53,283 nucleotides of DNA, from positions 1 to 53,283 of IMG/VR virus record IMGVR_UViG_3300032053_000104. One strand, 5' to 3'. This document shows positions 19,084 through 29,897 of the stretch, piece by piece. The notes below the pieces were generated by a model that was not told where the DNA came from, searched no databases, and saw only the letters and a list, made by a program, of their open reading frames with translations. Position 1 is the stretch's first letter; each line of letters starts with the position of its first letter. The stretch is from a virus (lineage: Duplodnaviria; Caudoviricetes). The position numbers and the translations under genes were made by a program.

Positions 19084-21846
19084 ATGAAAGCTAGAATATT
19101 GCCAAAAAAACAAGTAAAAGTGTCTGCTTCGACAAGCGGAACTGTTGAAAATTCATCAACGTCTGGTATGTCGACAAAGATACCGACGTCACCAGCATCA
19201 GACAATATCGACAATATTGCATCTTTGAAAGCTGCAGATGTGCAAGTTAAAGAAATTAAAGCAAATGGCTCCATCGTGCTTTCAGCTAAAGTAAGCATAG
19301 ACATAAACTCTGCAATTAGAAGCAATGTTAATAATGTTACATTGTCTATGGTTTCTCCTTCAAGTGATGCTAGCAGCGTTTCTACAATAACAAGTACACC
19401 ATCAAGTAAAATTGATGATATTTTGAATTCATCAGCAAATTTAAAAGTTAAAACTCAAAAGAGTGCAGAGAGTATTGCAAAATCAATTAATATTGATATA
19501 ACTGCAGAGGCAAATAATAAAAATGCATCGTCAATAGGCAGAACGAATGAAAATATTTTTTCACAGACAGAAGTATCATTAAAAACTATATCTGTTAGCA
19601 CGGCTGAATCTGCTAATGAATATCCAATTTTACAAACACCAACGTCAGATGGCAATAAAAGAATGCTTAAGAGTGAAACGTCATTAAAGCAACTTTTTAT
19701 GGACACAATACTAAAAGATTCTTTGTCAATTTCTCATGCGAGCAAAGAAAATATTCCATTTTCATCAACAGAAGAATCAGTAAATGGATTAGTAAAAAGA
19801 TCAACGCGACATGAAATAAAAGAATCAAAGAGTTTAAATTCTTCTACTTCGCCCGATGAAATTAGACAATCTGCAATTTCCGGTAGATTTCTTGGCGGAA
19901 AGACAAATGATGTTACGGGTGCAGATGATTTTGCTAAAAGCAAAAATAATAGATCGCATGTAACGTCAATTCCTGTTCTTGGGCGCGCTGATGTGAAAAG
20001 AAAAATAATTGAAAAAGAAATAATTGTTACAGCGACTGAGCTCCTAAAACTAGGAAGTAATCTTAATTTTATTGTCGAGTCTGTTGGTGAAAATGGTGTA
20101 AAAAGTAAACCTGCAGGTTGTAAGGTCGATATCTCAGAAAAAATATCAAAATTTAATTTTAATGAAAAAGTTGGTACGAGAGAAACACGCTCGGGAAATA
20201 GTTTTTCATTAAGTACGCCAAAATCAACAAAAAAAGCAGATGATGATAACAAAACTGCCAGAGGCACAACGAATTTACGCTCTCATTCCGCATCGCAAAA
20301 ATTAAAAGACGAGGAGGACAAAAAAGTAAATTTTGGTACTTCGACACCATCACATGTTGCAGGTGGCGGAAAATTACAAGATGTTGTAGCATATGAAAAG
20401 ATTATTAATCCATTTTTGTCACCTGCTGATGCTGAATGGAAAGAAATACGGGCGCACGCCGTAGATGATCGTAATGAAATTAAGAATACAACAATACCCG
20501 CGGGTGTACCAAAAATAGTAAGACACGTCAATCTTGGTTTTTCGCCAGCACCGCCTCGCTTCTCAGAAGCTATGATTCCATCTGTTACAAGACATTTGGC
20601 AACTACAAATTCATTGATGGGCAATGTAGTTGCCGAAGTTGACAATAGATTTGTATCAATAACAACATTTTTAATACCAGCTGGCATTCAAATAAGATTA
20701 TCAGAATTTCAATCTTCATATTCTATTGGAGTTTGGCGCAGAGATGCATCAATACATGAAAAGAATTTTTCATGCATCAAAATAAAAGAATCAATAGTAA
20801 AAGTGGATGAATCAACACCAGAAGCATTATTTGTTGATACGTTAGTAAAAGAAGATCATGTTTATGAGTATAGAGCAAAAATTTTTACTAGAGAGGGCAG
20901 AGAAATTTTTGGATCTAATATGTCTAGAATAATGTGTCGACGTATAAATGACAATGCAGCAACAATTAAAATTACAAAAACGAATACGCTAATTGACGAG
21001 TCAGGCAATTTAGACGTAACATTTGGAATAACAGCAGATTTAACAGATACTAATGTAAGCACGCTTGTCGACATACTTAAATCACAAGGTAATGACAAAT
21101 ATTTTACTGATGATTTAACTGCCAACAGAGAGCGTCTCAAAAATATGATTGCATATCAAATAGATAGACATGATTTAACGCTCGGAATTGTTGAAAGCTA
21201 TGCATTATTTAAGGGCGGCGCATTTTCAGACGTAGAGCAACAATCAAAGAATGCAGTGCAGCCACTACGAACAAATCACACATACAGATACGTTATAAGC
21301 TTGCTTTCAAGAGATGCAGACGCATTGATACCAAGTGTAACTCGACAAGCGTCAACAATAAAAAATACACCTTTTGCACAGCAAAGTTCACTATATAATA
21401 TTAGACCTTCAAAGTCATTGCACCCGATGACTCTTAAGAAGAGTATTTTAAGAAGTGAATCGACTATTGCAAAGTCAAATATTGAAGAAGAATTCATGGA
21501 CGGTTTTACTGGAATGCAAGTTTTTACTGAAGTATCTATAAAAGCAGAAAAACCAAAAATAGTGAACGGTTCATGCATTCGCACATCATCGGGTACATGT
21601 GAGATTCGATGGAATGTAACTGGGCAAATAAATAAGTTTGATCATTTTATTATAACTGCAGAACAGTTGGGAATGACATCAATTATCGGGAAGTCACATG
21701 CATTTTCTCACAACAATAGTTATATTTTTGAAGACAAGATACTGAGTAACACAGTTGGTGATGTAATATACTTTATTATACCTGTTTATAATGATTTTAC
21801 TATCGGTGAAAATTATAGATTGGGCATATCAACATCAATGAATTAG
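19084..21846 (+). CDS. Large hypothetical protein with C-terminal FN3/Ig-like domains
   Basis: Start moved to ATG 19084 (GAGG RBS); S/K-rich N-half; FN3-like motifs 'FVDTLVKEDHVYEYRAKI', 'HTYRYVISL', 'CEIRWNV...YIFED'. Confidence 0.5.
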   Translation: MKARILPKKQVKVSASTSGTVENSSTSGMSTKIPTSPASDNIDNIASLKAADVQVKEIKANGSIVLSAKVSIDINSAIRSNVNNVTLSMVSPSSDASSVSTITSTPSSKIDDILNSSANLKVKTQKSAESIAKSINIDITAEANNKNASSIGRTNENIFSQTEVSLKTISVSTAESANEYPILQTPTSDGNKRMLKSETSLKQLFMDTILKDSLSISHASKENIPFSSTEESVNGLVKRSTRHEIKESKSLNSSTSPDEIRQSAISGRFLGGKTNDVTGADDFAKSKNNRSHVTSIPVLGRADVKRKIIEKEIIVTATELLKLGSNLNFIVESVGENGVKSKPAGCKVDISEKISKFNFNEKVGTRETRSGNSFSLSTPKSTKKADDDNKTARGTTNLRSHSASQKLKDEEDKKVNFGTSTPSHVAGGGKLQDVVAYEKIINPFLSPADAEWKEIRAHAVDDRNEIKNTTIPAGVPKIVRHVNLGFSPAPPRFSEAMIPSVTRHLATTNSLMGNVVAEVDNRFVSITTFLIPAGIQIRLSEFQSSYSIGVWRRDASIHEKNFSCIKIKESIVKVDESTPEALFVDTLVKEDHVYEYRAKIFTREGREIFGSNMSRIMCRRINDNAATIKITKTNTLIDESGNLDVTFGITADLTDTNVSTLVDILKSQGNDKYFTDDLTANRERLKNMIAYQIDRHDLTLGIVESYALFKGGAFSDVEQQSKNAVQPLRTNHTYRYVISLLSRDADALIPSVTRQASTIKNTPFAQQSSLYNIRPSKSLHPMTLKKSILRSESTIAKSNIEEEFMDGFTGMQVFTEVSIKAEKPKIVNGSCIRTSSGTCEIRWNVTGQINKFDHFIITAEQLGMTSIIGKSHAFSHNNSYIFEDKILSNTVGDVIYFIIPVYNDFTIGENYRLGISTSMN

Positions 21847-21857
21847 CGGACACAAAA

Positions 21858-24800
21858 ATGCCAATTAAAAATTTTGGAAATTTTTCAACACAGTCAACAA
21901 GAATAAACAAAGATAGTGAAAAACATTCGCCAGCGATTCCTGTTGATACGGGTTTGTCAAGCGATGCATCAGACAATAGAACTTCATCAAGCAAGAATAA
22001 TAAAAATCTTGATTTAACAGTGCATAGTCATGGGGAATTTTTTACAGGTATTGACATAAAAAATGAGTCAAATACACAAAAAAATATAAATGCACTAGAA
22101 AAAACAAACAAAAGTGCATCAGAAATATTAATAGAACGGGGCCTTGATAGCAATCAACCAGAAATTTTATCAATATCTGAGTTTTTGCCGCTTTATGATA
22201 ATTGGGGAAATAGAAGTGAAGCAGGAAGCTTGATTGATCAACAGCTGTCGATTAGAAGTCTTCTTCTAAGTGATGTTGAAGAAACAATTACGTCTATTAG
22301 AAAAAATTCTATTTTATCTGCTGATCTCGATAAGTTGATAAAAAATTACAAATTAGTTGTAAAAGACACAGAGTCAAAACTAAAAGTAAAGTCATTAATT
22401 CTTAATAATCTAGATTCTATGAAGAATGCACTTGATCTAAAAGAAAATGAAAATCAAATAAATAACGAAGTCGATAGAATCAGAGCATCAAGAGGCGTTA
22501 AAAAGTCAAGAAATGGTGAAACAAGTGTAACTTCTACAACGTTTCCTCTTGGAATGTATGCAACGCCCCGTCAAGTGATGATTTGTCACCTTAAATTTAC
22601 AAACGAAGGCTATGAAACATTTTCAAATTCAAAGATAATCGGACAAATTATTTCTGATTTAAAAAATACAATAGAAGAGCACTCTCCACAACTTCTCGAA
22701 ACATTTAGTGAAGAAAGAAAGAATGATAGAGACGCTATGCAAATAATGATTAACACAGTTAGAAGTGATAATTTTTCATTTAAGCGAGAAAACATTTCAT
22801 CAAAAAACGCCGCAGACAAGATTGTTTCACAAACAAGTCAAAGAAAAAGAAATAGTCTTGGAAATTTTGATGCAAGTTCGTTGACAAGTTTTTCAAAATT
22901 TATCGAAAGTTTGCCAAGTGATGACATCAGAAGAGCAAAATTCTTAATTGCGCTTCTATCTAAAGAGCTTAGGATGTCAGCTGGATTGACAAGATTATCA
23001 AATACAGAATTTGATGATCTTTATCGTCTCGAAGAAACAGATTTTGTATCAAGAATAATAGGCGAAATAGGAAGTTCAATTATTGGCGCAAATCCACAAA
23101 ATAAATCTTTGTCTAGAATTGAAAGAATTGAAAATGAAGATGGAATAATTGTTTTGCCACTTGAAAAAAGAGCCATAATTGATGCAAACACTGGTGAAAC
23201 GTTCATGCCAGGCTCTATTTATTTTGTTGATACAATTGTAAGAGAAGCGCCGCGTCCAAATACAAAAGCATTGCAAAATTATGTTGAAGAAATACGTTCA
23301 TGTACATCAAGCGCAGGAACAACACTTTATGCTTTGCTAAATTTTGATGATGAAAACGAAACATTGTATTTTGGCGATATTTTTAGAAGAATGATTTCAT
23401 CAATAAATGATTTAGCGAAAACTACAGATGCAGAACAAAAGGTAGCATTTCTTTCAATGGCAATGATATCCTTGTCTCAAGGCGATGTTTCACTAAAGAA
23501 TATGCTATTTAAGTACGTAAAAGAACTTAGTTCTGGCGTCATTATTTCAAGAAAGCACGACGATTCTAGCAGTGCAGATTCATCAAAGAAAAATGAACAT
23601 GAAAATTTGTCTGGAACAGGAACGGGCCGCAGCGCATCAGATATCACATTTGGAATCGACGATCCAGCCGCAGAACGGGTTGATAAAAAAGTAAAATCAA
23701 CTGATGCTACAGCAAGTGATGGTGTGTTTTCTGCAGACGATGGAATACAAGCAAAGCTGAAGTCAACTTCATTACCATACGAAATTGAAAAGAAACTATT
23801 GAGTCTTTTAGCTGCGAGTAACAACTTGCCATCAAAAACTCATATAAAGTTTTCAAAGGGTGAAATAGAAAAATTTCTTAATAACGGAATAAGCGATAAA
23901 AAGTCAGTATTCAATAAGATTGTCGAAATAACAGAACAACTTATGAGTGCTGCTGACGCAATTAGCACGAAGGGCCCTAGCACAAGAAGAAATTATAAAA
24001 CATTTAAGAATGAGAATAATTTAACAAAATATAGCAATTATAGTGACGATACATTGCTATTAATTGTATTTGAAATAGTTTCATGCATTGTAAAAGAATT
24101 TATGTCTCCTAGGTTTGAAGGTAAAACAAATGAAGTCGTTACGGTAACTTTTAACCAAGAGCATAATAAAACAATAATAGAAAGCATTGATTCACTTTTG
24201 ACATCACAAAAATCAACACAAAATCTTGCAGGCTACACGGCAATAACAACTCTGCTCGACAGCATGTATTTTACAATTGCGCAAGAAGATAATGTCATTA
24301 GAGATCTGCTTGATGTTACACGTGCATTTGTGAATATAATAAACGCAGCTGAAGATTCGACAGTTTCATTCTTTAATTCAAAACAAACGTCTAGCAGCGA
24401 TTCAAAGATCATGTTTGATCTTTTTAATGATTCGCAAAATAATGATATTTTTAAAAATCTCTCTAATACGCAGCTTGCTGCTAGCTGGCGTGCACATGAT
24501 ATGATCATGAAGGCAACCGATAACTCTTTGCTACCAAAGAATCAAGTAGTTACCTCAGATGAGAAAAATGCAATCGAGTCTTTACTCAAGACAGAAAGAT
24601 TTAATTTTTCATGTGCTAAAAATGCAAAGCTTGTGTCAGTTGGACTTCCAGCAGGCATGCTAGATATGTTACAAAATCCATCATTTGTGATCGGATCAGA
24701 TACAGATCTAGAATCATCGAATGAAGATATAATAAGCATCCAAGTTTATAGAAAAGATCCGCAGTTTTCTGATATTATTTTTAAACCCATAACATACTTG

Positions 24801-25742
24801 TTCGATATTTCGAGATTTGTAAGCAATGAGTTTAAGGCAAAAAAGAATGTTGATTTTGAAACATTTTTAGATTCAAGCGTCAAGCTTGTAAATATTATTG
24901 GATCGAAAGGTCAAATATCTTCTAATAGCTTTGCCGAGATGTCTAACAAAAAAGAATATTCTAATTTGTCTGCAATGCAGAAAAGAAATCTTTTCAAGAA
25001 TCACGTGCAAGATGAGCTATTAAAGATATATTTTCAACTAATGACGGGCATCGATATGTCAGAAAGTAGTTTCATTTCAAATGAAAATTTGATAAAAAAT
25101 CGACCAATTGATGACAATATAAAACTATTTTTTGAGAAGTCAAGTAAGACGAAGGAAGCAAGTCCGTTAAATTTGATGATGCTGTCTACAGATACGCACG
25201 ATATAACAGCAGGAATAAGTTTAAATAATTCTTTGTCAAGTATTGTTTCATTAGTAAACACACACGATGTATCAAAAGATAGTGAAAATAACACAACAGC
25301 TGCATCAAATAGAAAAGACAATAAGAAACAAATGAATGTTATGTCTGATACTTTGCAATCGCAAACAATGAAAATGGGTTTGACGAAACAAGTTAATCAA
25401 AATAATAAGAAAATTGAAGGAATGCGTGCACAGTACAAAGCATTTCTTAACAATTCATTAATTAGAATAACAGAACAAATGATAAGAACAGAACAACCGA
25501 AGTTGTTTGAAAGAATATTTATGATAGTTGTAGATCCAGATGATTTTATAATAGATGACAAAAAGACAAATCAAACAAAGTTTGGTAGAAATGAGCTAAG
25601 CAATGCAATTGCTAATGATCTTATCGTTGAAGAAAAAATTAATAATGAATTTGTAAAGAAGATAAAGACAAGAAATGCAGCGCAAGGTGATTTTACGTTT
25701 TCTGAGTTTTTTGTAACTGTAGGTTTGGGAGTTGAAAAGTGA
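21858..25742 (+). CDS. Very large, predicted helical hypothetical protein
   Basis: 1294 aa uninterrupted ORF in the structural block; no family recognised. Confidence 0.5.
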   Translation: MPIKNFGNFSTQSTRINKDSEKHSPAIPVDTGLSSDASDNRTSSSKNNKNLDLTVHSHGEFFTGIDIKNESNTQKNINALEKTNKSASEILIERGLDSNQPEILSISEFLPLYDNWGNRSEAGSLIDQQLSIRSLLLSDVEETITSIRKNSILSADLDKLIKNYKLVVKDTESKLKVKSLILNNLDSMKNALDLKENENQINNEVDRIRASRGVKKSRNGETSVTSTTFPLGMYATPRQVMICHLKFTNEGYETFSNSKIIGQIISDLKNTIEEHSPQLLETFSEERKNDRDAMQIMINTVRSDNFSFKRENISSKNAADKIVSQTSQRKRNSLGNFDASSLTSFSKFIESLPSDDIRRAKFLIALLSKELRMSAGLTRLSNTEFDDLYRLEETDFVSRIIGEIGSSIIGANPQNKSLSRIERIENEDGIIVLPLEKRAIIDANTGETFMPGSIYFVDTIVREAPRPNTKALQNYVEEIRSCTSSAGTTLYALLNFDDENETLYFGDIFRRMISSINDLAKTTDAEQKVAFLSMAMISLSQGDVSLKNMLFKYVKELSSGVIISRKHDDSSSADSSKKNEHENLSGTGTGRSASDITFGIDDPAAERVDKKVKSTDATASDGVFSADDGIQAKLKSTSLPYEIEKKLLSLLAASNNLPSKTHIKFSKGEIEKFLNNGISDKKSVFNKIVEITEQLMSAADAISTKGPSTRRNYKTFKNENNLTKYSNYSDDTLLLIVFEIVSCIVKEFMSPRFEGKTNEVVTVTFNQEHNKTIIESIDSLLTSQKSTQNLAGYTAITTLLDSMYFTIAQEDNVIRDLLDVTRAFVNIINAAEDSTVSFFNSKQTSSSDSKIMFDLFNDSQNNDIFKNLSNTQLAASWRAHDMIMKATDNSLLPKNQVVTSDEKNAIESLLKTERFNFSCAKNAKLVSVGLPAGMLDMLQNPSFVIGSDTDLESSNEDIISIQVYRKDPQFSDIIFKPITYLFDISRFVSNEFKAKKNVDFETFLDSSVKLVNIIGSKGQISSNSFAEMSNKKEYSNLSAMQKRNLFKNHVQDELLKIYFQLMTGIDMSESSFISNENLIKNRPIDDNIKLFFEKSSKTKEASPLNLMMLSTDTHDITAGISLNNSLSSIVSLVNTHDVSKDSENNTTAASNRKDNKKQMNVMSDTLQSQTMKMGLTKQVNQNNKKIEGMRAQYKAFLNNSLIRITEQMIRTEQPKLFERIFMIVVDPDDFIIDDKKTNQTKFGRNELSNAIANDLIVEEKINNEFVKKIKTRNAAQGDFTFSEFFVTVGLGVEK

Positions 25743-27628
25743 AATCAATGACATACCCGTCAAGAATAGCAACTATTCTTGACTTGCCCGAACCAACATC
25801 ATTCGACGTATCATATCAATACAATTTCTTTACGCCAGACGAAGAAATAAATGGTACGGCAAGTGGTTATCGTGCATCAACGGCTGAGAGTATTGAACTT
25901 CTAAATTTAAAAATATTTAATGCAAGTACGCCGCGCTATGCGCGTATTTCATGGACGCCCACGCCAATTGTTTCAATTAATCCAAGAAGTAAAAAAGAAT
26001 CTTTGGGAATTACGCCGGCTGGAGCAGAAAGAGTAAATAGTGAAAGAATTTTCAATGCTGCAAATGCAGGAAAGATTCAAAGTGAACAAAGTTTTTCTAA
26101 TTTTGAATTCGTTGCGATGAACTTTAATGATACGATGATTGATGAGAAGCTATTTGCAATAGTGTCTGGATCAACAGATTTGCGTAATATCAAAGATGGA
26201 CATTTGAGAGATGCTGCAAAGACACTAAATGAAAGAACGAATGAAAATATAAATGGTAATTTTCTATCAAAAGCATTATCTAGGCAGGGTGGACAGGGTA
26301 TAGTACACATTGCAAGCAATAAGAAAGCAATTCAAGTAAAAAAAATCAATAATCTTTCAATGAATGTACAGTTTAATAATAAAATCGTTGGCACGGCAAT
26401 AAGAAATGCTTCTGAAGATGGATTGAACTTATTTGCAGAAGAGATGTCAAAAAACATTGAGAAGTGTGATAACATACAAACAGATGCGATACAGAAAAAT
26501 AATCCAAGATCAACGTCATCAGAAAAGTGGGATACGGGCTTCTATCCTGTACTCACAGTTCCAATGAATCCCGTGGAAGTTTCATCAAATGTAACTGATA
26601 TCAAAGGCGCTGGGTATATCATTGAAAAATCAGAATTAGATCGTCGCGGAAAAACAATATCAACGCGACATATACTCGTCGAGGGACAAACAGGATCATC
26701 GTTGATTGATGCAGCAATAAAACATAATACTATATACAAATATAGAATCGCATCAGTTGCCATTATTACATTGCCAGGTGAAGATGAAAATGGCAATCTT
26801 TCAAAAATGATTGGTTTGATGAGGTCTAAATACACAAATCCGATTAGAGTTATTTGTAAAGAAACAACACCCCCTGCTTTTCCAGCAGATTTTAGATTAG
26901 TGTGGGATTATTCTACTAATAATCTAAAGCTTTTGTGGAGTTTTCCATTAGAACCGCAGCGCGATATCAAATATTTTCAAATATTTAGAAGAAAATCACT
27001 TGATAAACCATTCGAATTGATTAGAATGTTTGATTTTAATGACAGCATGACACCAAATTTTCCAAATGAACAGATAAGAAGTGATATAATAACAAAGTTA
27101 AGTGAACCAATAACATTTTTTACTGATACTGAGTTCACAAAAGAATCAAGTTATATTTATGCATTGTGTTGTATCGACGCGCATCAAATGACATCAAATT
27201 ACACAGCACAATTCAGTGCTGAGTTTGACAAGTTTAGAAATAAATTAAATGTAAAAATGTTATCAAGAGCAAACGCACCAAAAGCATATCCAAATTTATT
27301 TTTACCAGAAAGCGTCACGACTGATGTGATGAAAACGTCTGGTTTTAAGAGATTGACTATTTGTTTTGATCCAGAGTGCATTAGCGCTATTAAAAGTGTT
27401 GATGGTCATAAGGTTGATGTAAACTTCTTGCCCGTATTAAATAAAATACAAAACGATCAATCGTCAGAATACAAGCTTCAGCTTATTAATACAGATTTAC
27501 AAGATAGTGAAGTCATCACAATAAAAATAAACGACAAAAGAAGAAATACAGCTGCAGAAGCCTTGGGCGCAAGAGATTTAACAGAAACTGATGTTGTAGT
27601 AGCAACAGTTGATTTACTGACTTTGTAA
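25739..27628 (+). CDS. Hypothetical protein with FN3-like domains
   Basis: 'LIDAAIKHNTIYKYRIASV', 'PPAFPADFRLVW', 'LKLLWSFP..IKYFQIFRR', 'FTDTEFTKESSYIYALCCID'. Start GTG 25739 or ATG 25748. Confidence 0.55.
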   Translation: MKSMTYPSRIATILDLPEPTSFDVSYQYNFFTPDEEINGTASGYRASTAESIELLNLKIFNASTPRYARISWTPTPIVSINPRSKKESLGITPAGAERVNSERIFNAANAGKIQSEQSFSNFEFVAMNFNDTMIDEKLFAIVSGSTDLRNIKDGHLRDAAKTLNERTNENINGNFLSKALSRQGGQGIVHIASNKKAIQVKKINNLSMNVQFNNKIVGTAIRNASEDGLNLFAEEMSKNIEKCDNIQTDAIQKNNPRSTSSEKWDTGFYPVLTVPMNPVEVSSNVTDIKGAGYIIEKSELDRRGKTISTRHILVEGQTGSSLIDAAIKHNTIYKYRIASVAIITLPGEDENGNLSKMIGLMRSKYTNPIRVICKETTPPAFPADFRLVWDYSTNNLKLLWSFPLEPQRDIKYFQIFRRKSLDKPFELIRMFDFNDSMTPNFPNEQIRSDIITKLSEPITFFTDTEFTKESSYIYALCCIDAHQMTSNYTAQFSAEFDKFRNKLNVKMLSRANAPKAYPNLFLPESVTTDVMKTSGFKRLTICFDPECISAIKSVDGHKVDVNFLPVLNKIQNDQSSEYKLQLINTDLQDSEVITIKINDKRRNTAAEALGARDLTETDVVVATVDLLTL

Positions 27629-27662
27629 CGATTGTATAGATATAGCTAGGAGATAGACTAAG

Positions 27663-28385
27663 ATGGGTTTTCTCGATCATTCGACTAATAATATTATTTT
27701 AGATGCAGTCTTGACAGACATTGGAAGAGAATTTATGTCAAGAAACGATGGTTCTTTTTCAATTGTCAAATTTGCCTTTGGCGACGACGAAGTTGATTAT
27801 GGAACAATTAAAAAGTACGGCCGCGCTGTTGGGCGTGAAAAAATTGAGAAAAATACACCAATTTTTGAAGCTATGACAAATCAAAATTTTGCATTAAAAT
27901 TCAAACTTGCAAGCATATCAAATCCAAATCTAGTTAGACTGCCAAGTTTGGGACTAACGGGCGAAGGAATTGATGTAACATCAAGCATTGTGTCTATGGG
28001 AAGATCTGGCTCTGGATCAACGCGCCGCTTGACATTTTCTCAAACAATTACAGATGAAGATTCAATTGATGTTGAATTAAGAGATCAATCATTTATTATT
28101 AAAGTTCCAAATGATCTCTTGGAAGTATCGGGTAGATCACCAGACTCAATTGATCATGACAACATCGCACTATATCTTGTGACACGTGACGCTTCTGTTA
28201 CTGCACTTGGTGGGTCACAATTGACTTTCAATTTGAAAGTAAAATCAATTACCGACTCAACATACGTTGTAAGAGGCAACGTGTCAGATAAAACAATTAT
28301 AACGACTTACATAAACATAACAGGATTGCAGTCGGGCACAGTAAAAAGTCTTGAAGTGCAGATCAGCAAGAATGCGATTTCATAA
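27663..28385 (+). CDS. Putative baseplate/fibre-attachment protein
   Basis: AGGAG RBS; 'IILDAVLTDIGREFMS...FSIVKFAFGDDEVDY' resembles the N-terminal part of tail-collar fibre (DUF3751-like) domains. Confidence 0.55.
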   Translation: MGFLDHSTNNIILDAVLTDIGREFMSRNDGSFSIVKFAFGDDEVDYGTIKKYGRAVGREKIEKNTPIFEAMTNQNFALKFKLASISNPNLVRLPSLGLTGEGIDVTSSIVSMGRSGSGSTRRLTFSQTITDEDSIDVELRDQSFIIKVPNDLLEVSGRSPDSIDHDNIALYLVTRDASVTALGGSQLTFNLKVKSITDSTYVVRGNVSDKTIITTYINITGLQSGTVKSLEVQISKNAIS

Positions 28386-28414
28386 GTCATATAATAACAT
28401 TTTAGGAGTAATTA

Positions 28415-29647
28415 ATGGCGATTTTTAAAGAAATTACGAGTCAAGATATCAAAACAAGCCGATCATATCTTCATCAGCTTGTTGATATTGTGCAAGAAGA
28501 CGTATCTGGATCAGAATCTAGACGATCATATCCTGTATTTGTTACTGGAGGCATTGGGCCCGGTGTAACAAGTTCACTGTTTCAAACAGTTTACGATCAA
28601 AATTACAATTTGCAGATTGCAAATCCAATTTTTGATTTCACTGTCGGTTTGTATTATTCTGGTTCAACTGTTCAGAATACAAAGACGGGCGAAGATTCAA
28701 ATGGAAAACTTTTGTTTCCATCAAATTCTTTGATGATGCGTGAAAAGATCGATATTTACAAGCAATTTGCACAAAATTTACTCGGTAATTCAGATTCATT
28801 TTTCTCTGCTCCGTACGCAGCAACTGGCTCGGGAGACATTATTAATGAAGCGCTTTTTGTATGCTTTAAACGACTTTTTTCACGTGACAGCATAAAGCGC
28901 GAAACATTTGCAATGAAATTTCATGAAATTGCAGCTGTTACTATCAAAGATAGTAGTTCATTTCCAAACTTCTCAAATCTTTATAGAGCAACAACGTCGG
29001 GATCGTCAATTTACACTGATATTGGATCAACTGTTAATAGACTAACATCGTTTGGCGGCAATGTCGGAAATATTGTAAACGCTGCAAATACATCACGCTA
29101 TGTAGGAAATATCTTTTACGATCAAGGTATCGCAGTTTTCGATTTAAGCAAAATCGTAGACCCAGTTCAGAGAATGACGGGCGTTATTGACGCAATGAAT
29201 GCAAATAATCCCTCGGCAGAAGGTACAGGAAAGATGATTTTGGCCGCCTCAAGCTCTGGCAATATACATGCAAAATTCATACCCGACTTCATGGTATCGG
29301 GATCAATTGATAATATTTTAAATCATATTGGGTCAGTTCGCGTTGGATCGTCATCAGCAACTTCTATAACTTTCCAAAATGCAACAAATATTAATAGTAC
29401 GTTGATCTTTTGTAGAGCAACATCAGATGAATTTAACTATTCATCGAATCCATCTTATAGAGATGCAGATGGAAGAATTGTTGTAATTGATGAAGGGCAA
29501 GAGGGCAAACAGCTTGCTTTCTCATTTATCACAACTGTAGGTCTATATGATGCAAATGACAATCTTCTTGCAGTCGCAAAGGTAAGTCGCCCAATTGAAA
29601 AGAATCCAGAAAAGGATTTGACGCTTCGATTACGTCTCGATTTTTGA
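28415..29647 (+). CDS. Putative baseplate/fibre-attachment protein
   Basis: AGGAG RBS; C-terminus 'FITTVGLYDANDNLLAVAKVSRPIEKN...LRLRLDF' resembles the C-terminal part of tail-collar fibre domains. Confidence 0.55.
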   Translation: MAIFKEITSQDIKTSRSYLHQLVDIVQEDVSGSESRRSYPVFVTGGIGPGVTSSLFQTVYDQNYNLQIANPIFDFTVGLYYSGSTVQNTKTGEDSNGKLLFPSNSLMMREKIDIYKQFAQNLLGNSDSFFSAPYAATGSGDIINEALFVCFKRLFSRDSIKRETFAMKFHEIAAVTIKDSSSFPNFSNLYRATTSGSSIYTDIGSTVNRLTSFGGNVGNIVNAANTSRYVGNIFYDQGIAVFDLSKIVDPVQRMTGVIDAMNANNPSAEGTGKMILAASSSGNIHAKFIPDFMVSGSIDNILNHIGSVRVGSSSATSITFQNATNINSTLIFCRATSDEFNYSSNPSYRDADGRIVVIDEGQEGKQLAFSFITTVGLYDANDNLLAVAKVSRPIEKNPEKDLTLRLRLDF

Positions 29648-29660
29648 ACTTGCTAAGCAT

Positions 29661-29879
29661 ATGTATGAAAATAATAAACGCTGGTACGTTCCCGATTTTC
29701 TTGTAACAAAAGTAGACGGTTCAAGACAGATGATTGAAGTAAAACCGCGCGAGTTAGTTAATGGCGTTATGACAAAACTCAAAGCAGAAGCAGCACGCCT
29801 GTGGTGCATTGAAAATAATGCTGAATTTATTACACTTACAAAGCAAGTTTTGAAGGAATTAGGCATAATTGTCAAATAA
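29661..29879 (+). pseudogene. Short/truncated TnsA-/gp4-like PD-(D/E)XK endonuclease
   Basis: 'WYVPDFLV...MIEVKP...KAEAARLWC' core in only 72 aa; the family's upstream RSxWE helix is absent. Confidence 0.65.
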
Positions 29880-29897
29880 CAAAAAGAAGGGCACATT

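Noticed and set aside
29661-29879. Genuine T4 gp4 head-completion gene or a Tn7 transposon
   Set aside because: Half the expected length, lacks the N-terminal motif, has a similar fragment at 34615, and no other Tn7 genes or ends are present.
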